Shown one piece after another: positions 14,391-27,425 of a stretch of DNA of 64,000 bases. Position 1 is the stretch's first letter; the number at the start of each line of letters is the position of its first letter. The notes under the pieces were generated by a model that had not been told where the DNA came from, searched no databases, and worked only from the letters and a program-made list of their open reading frames with translations. A program made the translations under genes and the position numbers. Source of the DNA: Octopus vulgaris (lineage: Eukaryota); assembly GCA_951406725.2 (NCBI GenBank), contig OX597814.1, positions 116,374,001 through 116,438,000 on the forward strand, read 5' to 3'.

Positions 14391-14620
14391 AACATAAATC
14401 AAGTTGTGTTCGGTGCATTCTGCTGCGTACACCAAGTGGGAATATCTACACGTCCCATCTTCCATGTAAATCATAACATTTCTGATAAGATTCCTGATCG
14501 AACTAACTCTGACTCTTGTTGTTGCACAATGAACAAGGTTTGTCTCTCTTGCTGCTGTTTTTCAAGATACAGTGTGCAGAAACTCCAATGCTAGTTTTCT
14601 TGGAGTCAGATGCAGAGCGA
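14390..14620 (-). mobile_element. Penelope-like GIY-YIG endonuclease fragment
   Basis: PCSLC followed by GTCRYSHLVYAAECTEHNLIYV (VY...YxG pattern); same strand as the PLE RT at 16649-17530. Confidence 0.6.
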
Positions 14621-14835
14621 AACACCTAAGTTCCATTCGACTCCAGCAGAAGGTAATGGCGAACTTCTGCTGACTCTTTCGCCACAAATTTCTCTCACTC
14701 TTTCCTCCAGCATCTACCAACTCACCTGCGACTGACCAGCCTCCCGTTTAGGTGGGGAACCTATACGACAATGAAACCGGGAAACCAGCCCTTATGAGCC
14801 AAGCATGACTCGAGAAGAAGCATACAACAACAATA
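14620..14835 (+). mobile_element. Family-2-related SINE, 3' part ending in (AAC)n
   Basis: Shares ACACCTAA..ATGGCGAA..TTTCTCTCACTCTTTCC core with 19349-19731. Confidence 0.6.
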
Positions 14836-14867
14836 AACAAAGGCTACAATAGGTGGCTGAGGAGATA

Positions 14868-16125
14868 CGAGGGACGTTCAATAAGTAATGCCTCTGACCC
14901 ACTTGCAGTTGTTTGATCTAGCTGAAATTTTGCATGTGCAATCATTTATATCTCTATAGAGTAAAGTACAGGCTCTGAATTAATTGTGGTTTCTGATTTA
15001 CAGTTGTTTGAACCGAGTCAAGTGTGAATGGAGCCTGTTGAGTGTCGAGCAGTGATCCGGTTTTTGTATTTGAAAGGACGCACACCACGGGAGACTTTTG
15101 ATGAAATGAAAGTAACTTATGGTGATGATGCCCCATCATATGACCTTGTAAAACGCTGGCATCGTGAATTCAAACATGGTCGGAACTCTTTGGAAACAGC
15201 TCCCAGATCTGGTTGCCCCCTTCTGCCATTGATGAGGCATCTGTCCGTCAAGTTGAGGCTGCCATTTTGGAAGATCGACGCATAATTATTCGCCAAATAG
15301 CCAATGAGGTCAAGATTAGTACCGGGTCTGTGGAAACTATCATTCATGACCATTTGCATATGCAAAAGGTGTCTGCCAGATGGATTCCCAGGTTGCTCAC
15401 GTCTTTCCAGAAGCAAGAACGCGTCGAGTGCTCGAGGGTGAATTTGGAGATGTGCCAAGAAGATGAGTCAAAATTTTTCAAAAGACTGATTACACAGGAT
15501 GAAACTTGGGTCCATCACGATGATCCAGAGACCAAAGCCCAGTCAATGCAGTGGAAGCACCGTGACTCACCTCCTCCAAAGAAGGCAAGGGTGCAGTCCT
15601 CCGCTGGCAAGGTCATGCTCACAGTCTTCTAGGACCAGGACGGAGTAGTGATGACAGATTTCCTGGCAAAGGGTACCACAATTACAGGAGCCTATTATGC
15701 TTCACTTTTGAGGAAATTAAGAGAAGTTATCAAAATCAAGAGGCGGGGCAAGATCAGCAAAGGCATCCACCTCCTGCAGGACAACGCTCCGGTCCACAAC
15801 TCGCTTGTCGCCAGACCAGAAGCACAGGCGTATGGCTATGAACTCCTCCCCATCCCCCCTACTTTCCTGACCTTGCACCCTCTGATTTTCACCTCTTCCC
15901 AATCATGAAGTTGTATTTGAAAGAAAAGCGTTTCCCAGATGATGCAGCCTTGATTTCTGAAGTCACGTTGAGGTTGGAGGACCAAGCTGGGTTCTTCTAC
16001 AAAAACGGTCTCCAGAGCCGCATCAAACGATGGGAGAAATGCATAACTCAGGATGGTTCCTATGTAGAAAAAGGATAATAACTGTGCCAAGTTTCGTTAC
16101 TCTACTGCTATGGGAACGCCCCTCG
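14868..16125 (+). mobile_element. mariner (DD34D) transposon, near full length, pseudogenised transposase
   Basis: TA flanks; TIR CGAGGGACGTTCAATAAGTAATGCC; ATG at 15028; WIPRLL, TQDETW, QDNAPVH and out-of-frame PDLAPSDFHLF motifs; stop at 15630 plus frameshifts; right TIR internally deleted. Confidence 0.95.
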
Positions 16126-16140
16126 TATGTGTTTGAAACT

Positions 16141-16549
16141 ACTCTTTACTATTTACTCCTTTACTTTTTTACTTGTTTCAGTCAATTGACTGCGGCCATG
16201 CTGGAGCACCGCATTCAGTCGAGCAAATCGACCCCCAGAACTTATTCTCTGTAAGCCTAGTACTTATTCTATCGGTCTCTTTTGCTGAACCGCTAAGTTA
16301 CGGGGACGTAAACACACCAGCATCGGTTGTCAAGCGATGTTGGGTGGACAAACACAGACAAGCAAGCATATACACACATACATATATATACATATATATG
16401 ACGGACTTCCTTCAGTTTCCGTTTACCAAATCCACTCACAAGGCTTTGGTTGCCGATTCTATAGAAGACACTGGGCTACGGTGTCACGCAATGGAACTGA
16501 ACCCACAAGTTGGTAAGCAAGCTACTTACCACACAGCCACTCCTGCGCC
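16141..16549 (-). mobile_element. Family-1 SINE
   Basis: Head GGCGCAGGAGTGGCTGTGTGG on the minus strand and conserved tail. Confidence 0.9.
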
Positions 16550-16648
16550 TAGAATATTTTTCTGCAACATACTCGTAACTTTTATGTAACACTTTTGAAA
16601 TGCCTGTGAAATTTCAGTGCCAGTTAATCATTAAAGGAATTCTGTCAC

Positions 16649-17530
16649 TTATTGTACTTTGCTAGAATTATGCCTGATCGTTTGACTTACTTTGCTAAAG
16701 TTAGCTATGTCATTTGCAGTTTCCTTTAATCGTGATACCTTGTAACCGCATTTGACATAACGATGTACAAATGCATTTGCATGTTTCTTGTAATCCCTTA
16801 TATCAGTACAAATTCGTTTTATCCTCAAAAATTGAGATTTCGGATTTGACCGAAATATATAATGTGGATGACCGGAGCAGCGGTGGATGTAAATGTGGGA
16901 TGACGTGAGCTTGCAAACTAACTCTGACACTACTCTGTCTCTAGAAAACTTGTGTCCAAAAATTCAACGCTAGATTTTGAAAAACTAAACTCCAGCAGAA
17001 GGTAATGGCGAAATCCTACTGACTCTCTCGCCACAACTTTCTCTCACTCTTTCCTCCTGCATCTGGCAGCTCACCTGCGACAGACGTAAATTTCATGTTG
17101 GACTTACAGCCATAGTTTTTACGTAACAGTCACAGAAATGCAGGAGATCAATTAACGTATTCTGTGATCTGTCCCAGTCAATAAAGGCGTCATCAATAAA
17201 CCGTAGCCCGAGTACTGATGCATGACCATGTAGGGATTTGAATGTCTTCAGTAACTGCGTCTCGAATTTTGTCATGAAGACATTAGCAAAATAAACTGCC
17301 ATGGGAGTGCCCTTGGCACAATCCCTTGTCTGGTGGTAAAATTTTTGTCCAAACTTCATTGTGTTATTTTGTAACACAGAACCTAAACAGCCTACAGAGA
17401 AAATTAGATAGAATACATTTGTTTGGCTGTTTTTCTACCCCTTCATCGCGGTCAATATTGGGATATAAGGAAGAAAGACCCATGGTTACCAAAACACAGT
17501 TTTCGACATTATGGACAGGAACTTGACAAA
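16649..17530 (-). mobile_element. Penelope-like reverse transcriptase fragment, interrupted by a SINE piece at about 16989-17085
   Basis: LVTMGLSSLYPNI; FYHQTRDCAKGTPMAVYFANVFM; RFIDDAF; EFLD; SGHP..PKSQFLRIKRIC..GY. Confidence 0.85.
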
Positions 17531-17569
17531 ATGATAGTGAAAATGGAGGAAAACAATTTCATTAATAAC

Positions 17570-17800
17570 CCCAAATTCAGGACTTAAAGGTTAGAAAGAA
17601 GACCTGTATTTTACGGTCTGCCTAAAATACAAAAAAATTGAAAAAATGTCTTCCAATGCGCCCAATTTGCAGCTAGTATGAATGTTGTACAGCCAAAATT
17701 TCGGAGTGGCTGGATGTCTTTCTATTCCCTGACATAAAAAGATCCAGTTCCTATATTCGAGAGACTTTTGATTTTGTGTCTCGAATCAAACAACAATTTT
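17570..17800 (+). mobile_element. Inverted N-terminal RT segment of the same PLE
   Basis: FYGLPKI..PMRPICS..AKISEWLD..SSYIRETFDFV on the strand opposite to the rest of the RT. Confidence 0.8.
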
Positions 17801-18264
17801 AAGCACCGAAGCCATGTCGAAAACTTTCGGAACGTAACTGATTGAAAGTGTTATCATGTACATGATTTGCCTTCGTACAAATGATGGTCTACAGTAAGTA
17901 TTCTGCTCAATACCGCAAATTTGCTTATCAGTTTCTGTTTTTTTTTTTTACCTTAGCCAGTTGTGCATGTTCTTTGGTAACTGACGATGCATCTATGATC
18001 ACGAGTAGTGGGGAAAGCTTCATAGATATGTGTTGAGAGGAATTCTTTGGGGTTTGAATAATTCACCTCTGGAAACATGGGCGTTTCGTTCAACATTTTA
18101 AACCCTTATTCAAGATCCTTTTGAGTGGGGTGGGCTACTTGACTTGAAGAAAATGCCACCTGAAAGGTCATGCACTGTTCATCTTGATGTGCATTCACCT
18201 TGTTGAGTACATATGGTTGTAATGCATGTGTCTAGAATACCCTTACCAGACGGATAGTCATGAA

Positions 18265-18471
18265 ATACAGGACCAAGAGAAACAGGAAGAAAGAGTGAGA
18301 GAAAGTTGTGGTGAAAGAGTAGAGCAGGGTTCGCCACCACCCTGCCTGAGCCTCGTAGAGCTTTAATTGTTTTCGCTCAATAAACCTTCACAACGCCTGG
18401 TCTGGGAATCGAAACTGCGATCCTACGACCGCAAGTCCGCTGCCGCAACTACTGGGTCAGTGCGCCTCCAC
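18265..18471 (-). mobile_element. Family-2 tRNA-derived SINE (head and core)
   Basis: Reverse complement of the 19349 head and core. Confidence 0.8.
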
Positions 18472-19348
18472 AGACAGACAGACAGATATATATTCTTTAC
18501 GTGGATGAGGTTTGTGATTAATTTATTCTCTAAGCAATTCTATTTTTGTAAGCCAGCCAGTGTATTATCGTCATCAATGACTTAATGTTTCTCGCATCAT
18601 TTCATCGGCAATTACCGTGAAGTTTAATAACATCAAAACATGTCTGAATTGTTTCCCTTGCAGAAATAATTAAAATATTCTCTTACTCTCACTGCTTATG
18701 TATTTCTAGTTAGGTTTTGCTTTTCTTTTAAACTCTCGTTGCATACAATATCTTCAAACATCTTTTGTTTTTAATCTCAATGGTGTCTGTGTAATTTATA
18801 TTCTGAACAATAATATAATTGTAATCCAGTCAGTGTATATTTTATAAATGATTTTACCGGATCTTCTTTCACCGCTTTGGCAACTACTGTAAAATATCTG
18901 TTTCACTAATGAGTTCATAGAAATATAAAAACTGCCGAGTTTTATCTCGTACTTAGAGTAACGATACAAATAATATTATTCCATCGTTAATATTATTTTT
19001 ACTCAGAACATAAATATTTCGTCGTATATTTTGATATATCTCATATTAGGTGTATTATCTCAGTTCTACTATTTTGTTTTTGTGCGTAGATAATCTCTGA
19101 ATAATTTATTCATTAAATAGTAATTATGTATATTTTCGACAACAAACAGTATACACTATTCGTTTTTTCACTATACATCATAATTCCTTTTCCCACGCCA
19201 GTGAATATCAATTATTCTACTATCACTATGGTAAGTTCGAGGAAGTCTACACTACACTCATAGGATCAAGACTAAAAACTCAGAGATAAGACTAAAACTC
19301 GAGATTTTCTATCCAAGGGGTTTTAACCTACTTACTCTATTATATATA

Positions 19349-19731
19349 GTGGATGCGCAATGGCCCAGTGTTTAGGGCAGTGGACCCGCAGTCGTAGGAT
19401 CGCAGTTTCGGTTCCCAGACCTGGCGTTGTGAGTGTTTATTGAGCAAAAACACCTAAAGTTCCACGGCACGGGTTCCGGCAGGGGATGGTGGCGAACCTT
19501 GCTGTACTCTTTCATCACAACTTTCTCTCACTCTTTCTTCTTGTTTCTGTTGTACCTGTATTTCAAAGGGCCGGCCTTGGCACACTCTGTGTCACGCTGA
19601 ATCTCCCTGAGAACTACGATAAGTGTACAGGTATTTGCGGAGTGCTCAGCCACTTGCACTTCACAAGCAGGCTGTTACGTTCATCGGATCAACTGGAACT
19701 CTCGTCGTCGCAACCGACAGAGTGCCACCAA
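19349..19731 (+). mobile_element. Family-2 tRNA-derived SINE, full length
   Basis: A-box-like TGGCCCAGTG and B-box-like GTTTCGGTTCCC, then core and tail. Confidence 0.85.
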
Positions 19732-21969
19732 TTATATATAGCTTTATCTATTAAGTTATGAATACCCAAATTGTGAAGTCAGTTATGCAATAACATGAAA
19801 TCAGTTACCCGATAGTAAGAATTCAAATAAAGTAGTCCCCAAAAGGGAATTAATCCTTTCCCAGAGTATATAGAACATTGGAGGAAATACTAATAATGTA
19901 TGTATACTAAAATCGTGAAACATGTTTCGTAATAACTGACAAATCAGATATGAGATAATAACAATTCAAAGTTAATAACTCTGAAAAGGGATTTTGTGCG
20001 TTTACAGAGAATATTACCCTCAGGGGAGCTAGTGTTAGTATATTCGTGAATAATTCACTAACCGAAATAAGTGGATCTATTGTTTAGGAAAATACTATTT
20101 ACTTGTTTAAGGGTTGTACAGGATAAATAGCAAAAATAACTCTAACAAATGCTAACAAATAAGCATACTCAATTTCTTTTTTACCAAATTATTTAGGAAA
20201 ATGAATGGGTTATTCCCCTTCACTTTATATGAAGATCTCTTCCAGAGGCAAATGGGTTATTTCCCTTGGCTTGTAAAATAAAATATATTATATATATATA
20301 TATAAGGATCCCTTCCAGGGAGCCAATTATCAATTTTTCAACAATCTGAGTATGCCACGAGGTTTCCAGACATCAGTTCTACTCACCTGTCAGGTTTAAT
20401 CAAAATCGATTAAACGATTCAGCAAGGAGTGAGCTAACAACTCCACAAACATACCCTCACAAATTTCACAAACATGTAGTAGATTTAGAAGTTTATGTAG
20501 CGTAATGCACTAACGACTTGTATTTGGATATTTCTTACTGCTTCCTGAAATAATATTTGAACGATTATATTCGTCCTTTACTTTCCTCTTTATTCATGAA
20601 AAAGGAATTTAGTGTATACAACCAGTAACACCTGATTATGGATATTATGATTAGGTTTTAAGATTTAACTAGCTTCTCAATATTAAGCAAGACGCTTCAC
20701 AGAATATTTAGAAATAAGATTAGCATTTACAAGCATAATTAATATTTATAAAATAAGAACACATTTAAAAACTGATGCTGTCGTTCTAAGTTCAACCTAC
20801 TTTATAAAGTCTTTCATTCACACGCTCATACACTTAAATGAAGTTTATATTAGCTTTATATATTGTAAAGTTTCATTTTCTTGATGAATTCATCTATAAT
20901 AATTTTGTTAAAGAAAGGAAAAATAGACAGGGTCTTTGATTTGCTTATGCTTTATTTCTGGTAAATAACTGTAGTTAGTGCCTGGGAGGGTACAAACACA
21001 CTTTCACTGCGTTTAGAACATGAAGGAATCATTAGAAAAATTAGAAGTATTTCTTGTAAACATTCTCATCGAATCATAGCTGATAAAAGACACGCACACA
21101 TGCACACACACACACACGCACGCACGCACACGAACACAAACACGCACAAACATTCACACATACATACACACAAACACACACACTCAAACACACATATATG
21201 CATACACACCTAAGCATATATGTAGAAGTACATACGTATATGTAAATATATATATATATATACATATGCACACATAATCATATCTGTAGAAGTACAGATA
21301 TATATATATATGTGTGTGTGTATATATATATATATGTATGTATGAATAAATATATATATATACACATACACACATGTATATATATATCCCATCTCCTTGT
21401 TTATATATGTTTAAGTATATATATATATATGTGTATGTATATGTATATATGCATATATACACATATACATACATATATATAGGTACATGTATATTTATGT
21501 ATATATGTATATATACATATATGTATAACACACACTCGCACACACACACACTCACGCATGTATACAAACAAAGAAGATCTATGATATGAGATGGAATTAT
21601 CAAAAGCGCCTATTTAACTGTGGGCCTGAACACCTAGAAAAAGCGATACTTATGTGATGAAACGACGAACACACACACACGTACACACACACGCAGGCGC
21701 GTGCGGGGTTACAGTAAATATTTCTTGAACACTATATGAAGGTTTGTTGAAAACGAAGATAATTAAACCTATGGGAAGCCTTATTATACGACAATTCAAC
21801 AACGAATAACTGAACACCCTATTTGTAATGGACGGTATTATTTTCAGCCCGTTGGAGTAATTCGAGAATGAATTAGCTCATTGTGCGCCATTCAAGTGAA
21901 ATTTGTAAGAAGACAAACAAGTAAACAGGAAGTATATTTTTTCAAGTTCAGATATACGGATAGGTATAT

Positions 21970-22180
21970 GGCGCAGGCGTGGCTGTGTGGTAAGAAGCTT
22001 GCTCCCCAATCACATGGTTCCGGGTTCAGTCCTCTCTGTGTTTAGCCCCCTGTGGGTAGTAAAAAAATAGGTATTTCGCCCGTCTTTACGTTCTGATTTC
22101 AAATTGAGCCGAGGTCGACTGTGCCTTTCATCCTTTCGGGGTCAATTAAGATGTAATCGACCTAATCTCCTCCCCTAAAA
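21970..22180 (+). mobile_element. Chimeric SINE: family-1 head fused to family-3 body
   Basis: Family-1 head up to GGGTTCAGTCC, then TCTCTGTGTTTAGCCCC family-3 sequence. Confidence 0.75.
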
Positions 22181-22217
22181 TTGATGCAATTTTCGGAAAA
22201 ATTTGAAATGGTAATAA

Positions 22218-22306
<89 letters not shown>

Positions 22307-22322
22307 GCTGTCAATAATAATA

Positions 22323-22862
22323 GTGATTCTGTGGGACTTTCCAGTACATACAGACCGAACCATCAAAGCCAATAAACCGGATATTGTTGTGAAAGACCTA
22401 AACAGTAAAGTTTGCTTATTGATCAACATGAGCATCCCCTGTGATCATAATATCTCGGCGAAAGAATTTGACAAGCTCAGAAAATATAAAGACCTGCTCA
22501 TTGAAATTGAGAAAATGTGGCATCTGAAGGCGGTTACAACACCAGTGATCGTAGGAGCACTAGGAATGATCAAGAAGGGAACCAAAAATTATATGAGAAT
22601 GATCCCTAGCTTACTATCCCTGCAAGAAGTGCAAAAGATTGTCTTAACTGGTACATCACACGTATTGAGAAGAGCATTATCGATGTGAGAACTATTACTG
22701 CCCATGTATTTTAATTTAACTTTATTTCTATAAAAAAAAAATGAACGAACTAGTGAGTTTAGTTTAATGGCCTACCAATGTATACTATGAGATTCTTTGC
22801 CCTAGGAGTCGGGAAGACACTCGGCAAGAAATGGAAGTAAATTTGAAAGAAGAAGAAAAACC
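22323..22862 (+). mobile_element. R4/Dong-like LINE 3' end (intact RLE endonuclease frame 22323-22688 plus 3' UTR)
   Basis: ILWDFPVHTDRTIKANKPDIVV..KYKDLLIEIEKMW..PVIVGALG; (AAT)n on both sides. Confidence 0.9.
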
Positions 22863-23774
22863 CATAAATAATAATAGTAATAATAATTGTTATTATTGTA
22901 TTAAAACTCACAGCTTATATTGCTGGGTATGATGGAAAGTCTCAGCTGTCCACAGCCAACAGACTAAGGTGAAATTTGTTTTACAGGTCATGCTTCTAGT
23001 CTGTTCTTAGGTTCTCAACTCAAATGCCACCGAGGTCGGAGTCGATTGAATAAGTACCGGCTGGCTTTAATATACACGGCTATCCTACCTCCCGAAATCC
23101 CAGAATTTGTGCCTATATCAGAAAGGATCATTATTGCTATTCAGGTGTTTATTTGGTACAAACATAAGAGATTTTTTCAAGGGTTTCTTTACTTTCTGAG
23201 TTCTTATCACTCCTACATCAACTTCGCCCTTGATCTCTTCAAAATCGACGAAATACTCTACACTCAATTAGTAAGTCCGACTCTAGCATTGACCTCCTTC
23301 ATCTCAAAGTTGGTTGTGTTTTACGTATATGAGACTCGAGTATTTTACCCAGCTCCTGTAGTTCTCATCAACGTTGTGCAACTGTAATTATATCTAAGGT
23401 TACACATCAAATTGGAACTACGAGCGTAAGGAATATTTCACGTTTGACGAGCTTCGTGTTTGAAAGCAAATTCATCGTCAAGACAAGAAGGAAATAAGAT
23501 CTATCAACATCAATAACCATTACAGTTGTGGCGTTCTATTCTCAATGTCATTAATTAGAAATTGAAATACTATCCTACGGGATGTATTAACTTCAAGATA
23601 TATTCACTTGTACAAAGCTGTAAAACTATTGACAGCTCTATGTTCTCAACTAATATTTAATTGAAACGTAATTTTATTCCCTTCCACCATTTTCATTTTA
23701 AACTTGTTGGAGTTAAAATGATAGTTGTTATTGTTCTTCTTGTTCGTTTTCAATTTTTTCCCTCCTCCTCCAAT

Positions 23775-23918
<144 letters not shown>

Positions 23919-24056
23919 GTTTACAGGCATGGAAAATCAACAAGACAGTGTGGCCTGTCCCAGATGCAAGCAGTGCGACGTTCGTCCAGAGTCCGAAGAC
24001 TATATGTATATATGCATACATACATACATACATATACAAACACACACACACACATA

Positions 24057-25337
24057 CGAGGGGCGTTCAATAAGTAATGCCCCTGACCCACTTCCCATAG
24101 CAGTAGAGCAACGAAACTTGGCACAGTTATTAGTCTTTTTCTACATAGGAACCACCCTGAGTTACGCATTTCTCCCATCGTTTGATGCAGCTCTGGATAC
24201 TGTTTTTGTAGAAGAACCCAGCTTGGTCCTCCAACCACGACTTCAGAAATCAAGGCTGCATCATCTGGGAAACGCTTTCCTTCCAAAAACAACTTCGTGG
24301 CTGGGAAGATGTGAAAATCAGAGGGTGCAAGGTCAGGAGAGTAGGGGGATGAGGGAGGAGTTCATAGCCGCACGCCTGTGCTTCTGATCTGGCGACACGC
24401 GAGTTGTGGACCGGAGCGTTGTCCTGCAGGAGGAGGATACCTTTGCTGATCTTGCCCCGCCTCTTGATTTTGATAGCTTCTCTTAATTTCCTCAGAAGTG
24501 AAGCATAATAGGCTCCTGTAATTGTGGTACCCTTTGCCAGGAAATCTGTCATCACTACTCAGTCCCAGAAGACTGTGAGCATGACCTTGCCAGCGGAGGG
24601 CTGCACCCTTGCCTTCTTTGGAGGAGGTGAGTCACGGTGCTTCCACTGCATTGACTGAGCTTTGGTCTCTGGATCATAGTGATGGACCCAGGTTTCATCC
24701 TGTGTAATCAGTCTTTTGAAAAATTTTGACTCATCTTCTTGGCACATCTCCAAATTCATCCTCGAGCACACGACGCGTTCTTGCTTCTGGAAAGGTGTGA
24801 GCAACCTGGGAATACATCTGGCAGACACCTTTTGCATATGCAAATGGTCATGAATGATAGTTTCCACAGACCCGGTACTAATCTTGATCTTATGGGCTAT
24901 TTGGCGAATAGTTATGCGTCGATCTTCCAAAATGGCAGCCTCAACTTAACGGACAGATGCCTCATCAATGGCAGAAGGGGGGCGACCAGATCTGGGAGCT
25001 GTTTCCACAGAGTTCCGACCATGTTTGAATTCACGATGCCAGCGTTTTACAAGGTCATATGATGGGGCATCATCACCATAAGTTACTTTCATTTCATTAA
25101 AAGTATCCCGTGGTGAGCGTCCTTTCAAATACAAAAACCGGATCACTGCTCGACACTCAACAGGCTCCATTTCACACTTGACTTAGTTCGAACACCTGTA
25201 AATCAGAAACCACGATTCGTTCAGAGCTGTAATTTACCACTTAATCGATAGAGATATAAATAATTGCAGGTGCAAAATTTCAGCTAGATCAAACAACTGC
25301 AAGTGGATCAGAGGCATTGCTTATTGAACGTCCCTCG
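24057..25337 (-). mobile_element. mariner (DD34D) transposon, same family as 14868-16125, both TIRs present
   Basis: TA flanks; about 37-bp TIRs; ATG at 25170; TQDETWVHHYDPE and QDNAPVH; premature stop at 24946, small deletions and a frameshift. Confidence 0.95.
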
Positions 25338-25380
<43 letters not shown>

Positions 25381-25498
25381 GCATACACATACATATATAT
25401 ACATATAAATATAATATATATATATATACATACATTTATATATGCATATACATACATATATATATTATATATATACATACATATATGCATTCATACAT

Positions 25499-25591
<93 letters not shown>

Positions 25592-25944
25592 CAGTGATAC
25601 CTCGTAGTACGAATTTGCTCGTTTTACAAGTCAGTTTTTCCCATGGAAATTAATTAACTTATAATTAATCCTTTCCAGCGTCACAAAACCACTCAAAAAT
25701 AAATTTCTATGGGTTTTTAAAACAGGAAAGTTGTAGTTGCAAGTAATATTTTCTCCTCTTTATAAAAAAGAGAATGCAAAATGAATATGTAAACTGGTTT
25801 TATAAATTACCATAAAGGTGGCACGGCTTGTGTGCTCGTAATGTGGATTCCCGCTCGTACTTCAAGACAAAAATTCCGACGAGTCTTGGTTCGTACAGCA
25901 AATTACTCGTACAATGGTGCACTCGTACTGCGAAGATCGACTAG
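25592..25944. mobile_element. Probable pogo/Tigger-like MITE
   Basis: TA flanks; degenerate termini CAGTGATACCTCGTAGTACGA / CTCGTACTGCGAAGATCGACTAG; repeated subterminal CTCGTA motifs. Confidence 0.5.
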
Positions 25945-26239
25945 TATATATATATATATATATATATACACATACCAGAACAACATACAAGAAAACATCA
26001 ATGCAGTATTTTCTCTCAATCAATAAAGTTAGTTAGATGCTAAAGGAACATGGAAAGAGATAACTGTTAAAAAATTTGGAATACTGTACATTTTTATATT
26101 CTAGAATTATGGAGGAAGGCAAATGATGCATAATTGAAAAAATAAGGAGGAAAAACAAAAAATAAAAAAAATATAATTCTTGTGCAAGCAACCACACGAG
26201 TTAGCTTACATACTTCCCATTGACTGACTGGAAGTTAGA

Positions 26240-26680
26240 AGGGGCAGGGAATCATGGGCCCGGGGGATTTCCAAGATATAGCACCACAGATTATCACAGA
26301 TCCTTCTCCATGTTTAACAATTGAAAGAAGGCCGTCTGGGCCAAATGCTTCTTGTGGCTGTCTCCACACGTACACTCGGCCAGTGGTCGGAAATAAGGTA
26401 AAGGATGATTCGTCCGAGAAAATAACATTCTTCTACTGCTCTAGGGACGAATTCTGTAGGTTTTTACTCCACTATAAACACTTTGCATCGTTTGTTCTTG
26501 AAGGTAGTGGTTTTCTGATTGCAGCCCTCCCGTGAAATCCGGCTTTGTACAGCTTCCAGCGAACAGTTTTTGTGGAAACTGGATTCTCGAGGTGGTCATT
26601 AAGCTCTACAGTAATTATAGGAGCTGTGGTTTTGTGATCCTTTCTAACAATTGGTGTAAGAATTCAACGGTCCCTATCTG
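26240..26680 (-). mobile_element. Tc1-like transposase fragment
   Basis: PVSTKTVR..AGFHGRAAIRKP..KNVIFSDESSF..GRVYVWR..VKHGEGSVMI with in-frame stops. Confidence 0.85.
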
Positions 26681-27271
26681 GTATACACACACACTAGTTC
26701 GTATACAGACACAGTAACAGGGGAAAATAATACACACTCACAATAATAAATGATAGACACATTCTGAGCATTCACACGCGCGCACACACACACATCCACA
26801 GACTACAAACTTACATACATATACATACACACTGTACCAAGTATTTTATAGACTTGTACAAAACACAAGCTGAGACACAGGTTTACGAATTATATTAGGA
26901 ATGTGCAGATGTATGCGTGCGAGCACGGACAGAAATCTCACTTATTGTAATATGAGTGAGCATGTGTATGCGTATGTGTGTGTAGATATGTCTAACATAC
27001 AGCTGTGTGTAGCCATTTGTTGAGTGTGTTCGGGGCCGCTCGTTTGTTTATGTGTTTGTGCGTCTGTGTGCGAAGACAAGCTTGCCTAAAGAATATGTGA
27101 CTGCATAGCATATGTGTGTCTGTGTGTGTGTTTGCATGCAAGTGGGATGTATCGATGATGTCCAAGTGGTATGTTTATATATATATATGTACACACACAC
27201 ACACGCATTCATATGTAAGCGTGTATATATGTATGTATGTACATATATGTATTTGTATCTGTATCTGAATG

Positions 27272-27361
<90 letters not shown>

Positions 27362-27391
27362 GTCTATCTCTGTCTCTTCTTCTCTCCCTCA

Positions 27392-27425
<34 letters not shown>

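Noticed and set aside
19349-19425. tRNA gene
   Set aside because: tRNA-like SINE head continuing into the SINE body; no complete cloverleaf or terminator
23440-23484. TTGACGA hairpin resembling a hammerhead
   Set aside because: Lacks G12 and a valid stem III on either strand
23920-23990. CPRCKQCD zinc-knuckle-like peptide after (ACT)n
   Set aside because: Too short to assign; possibly a LINE scrap
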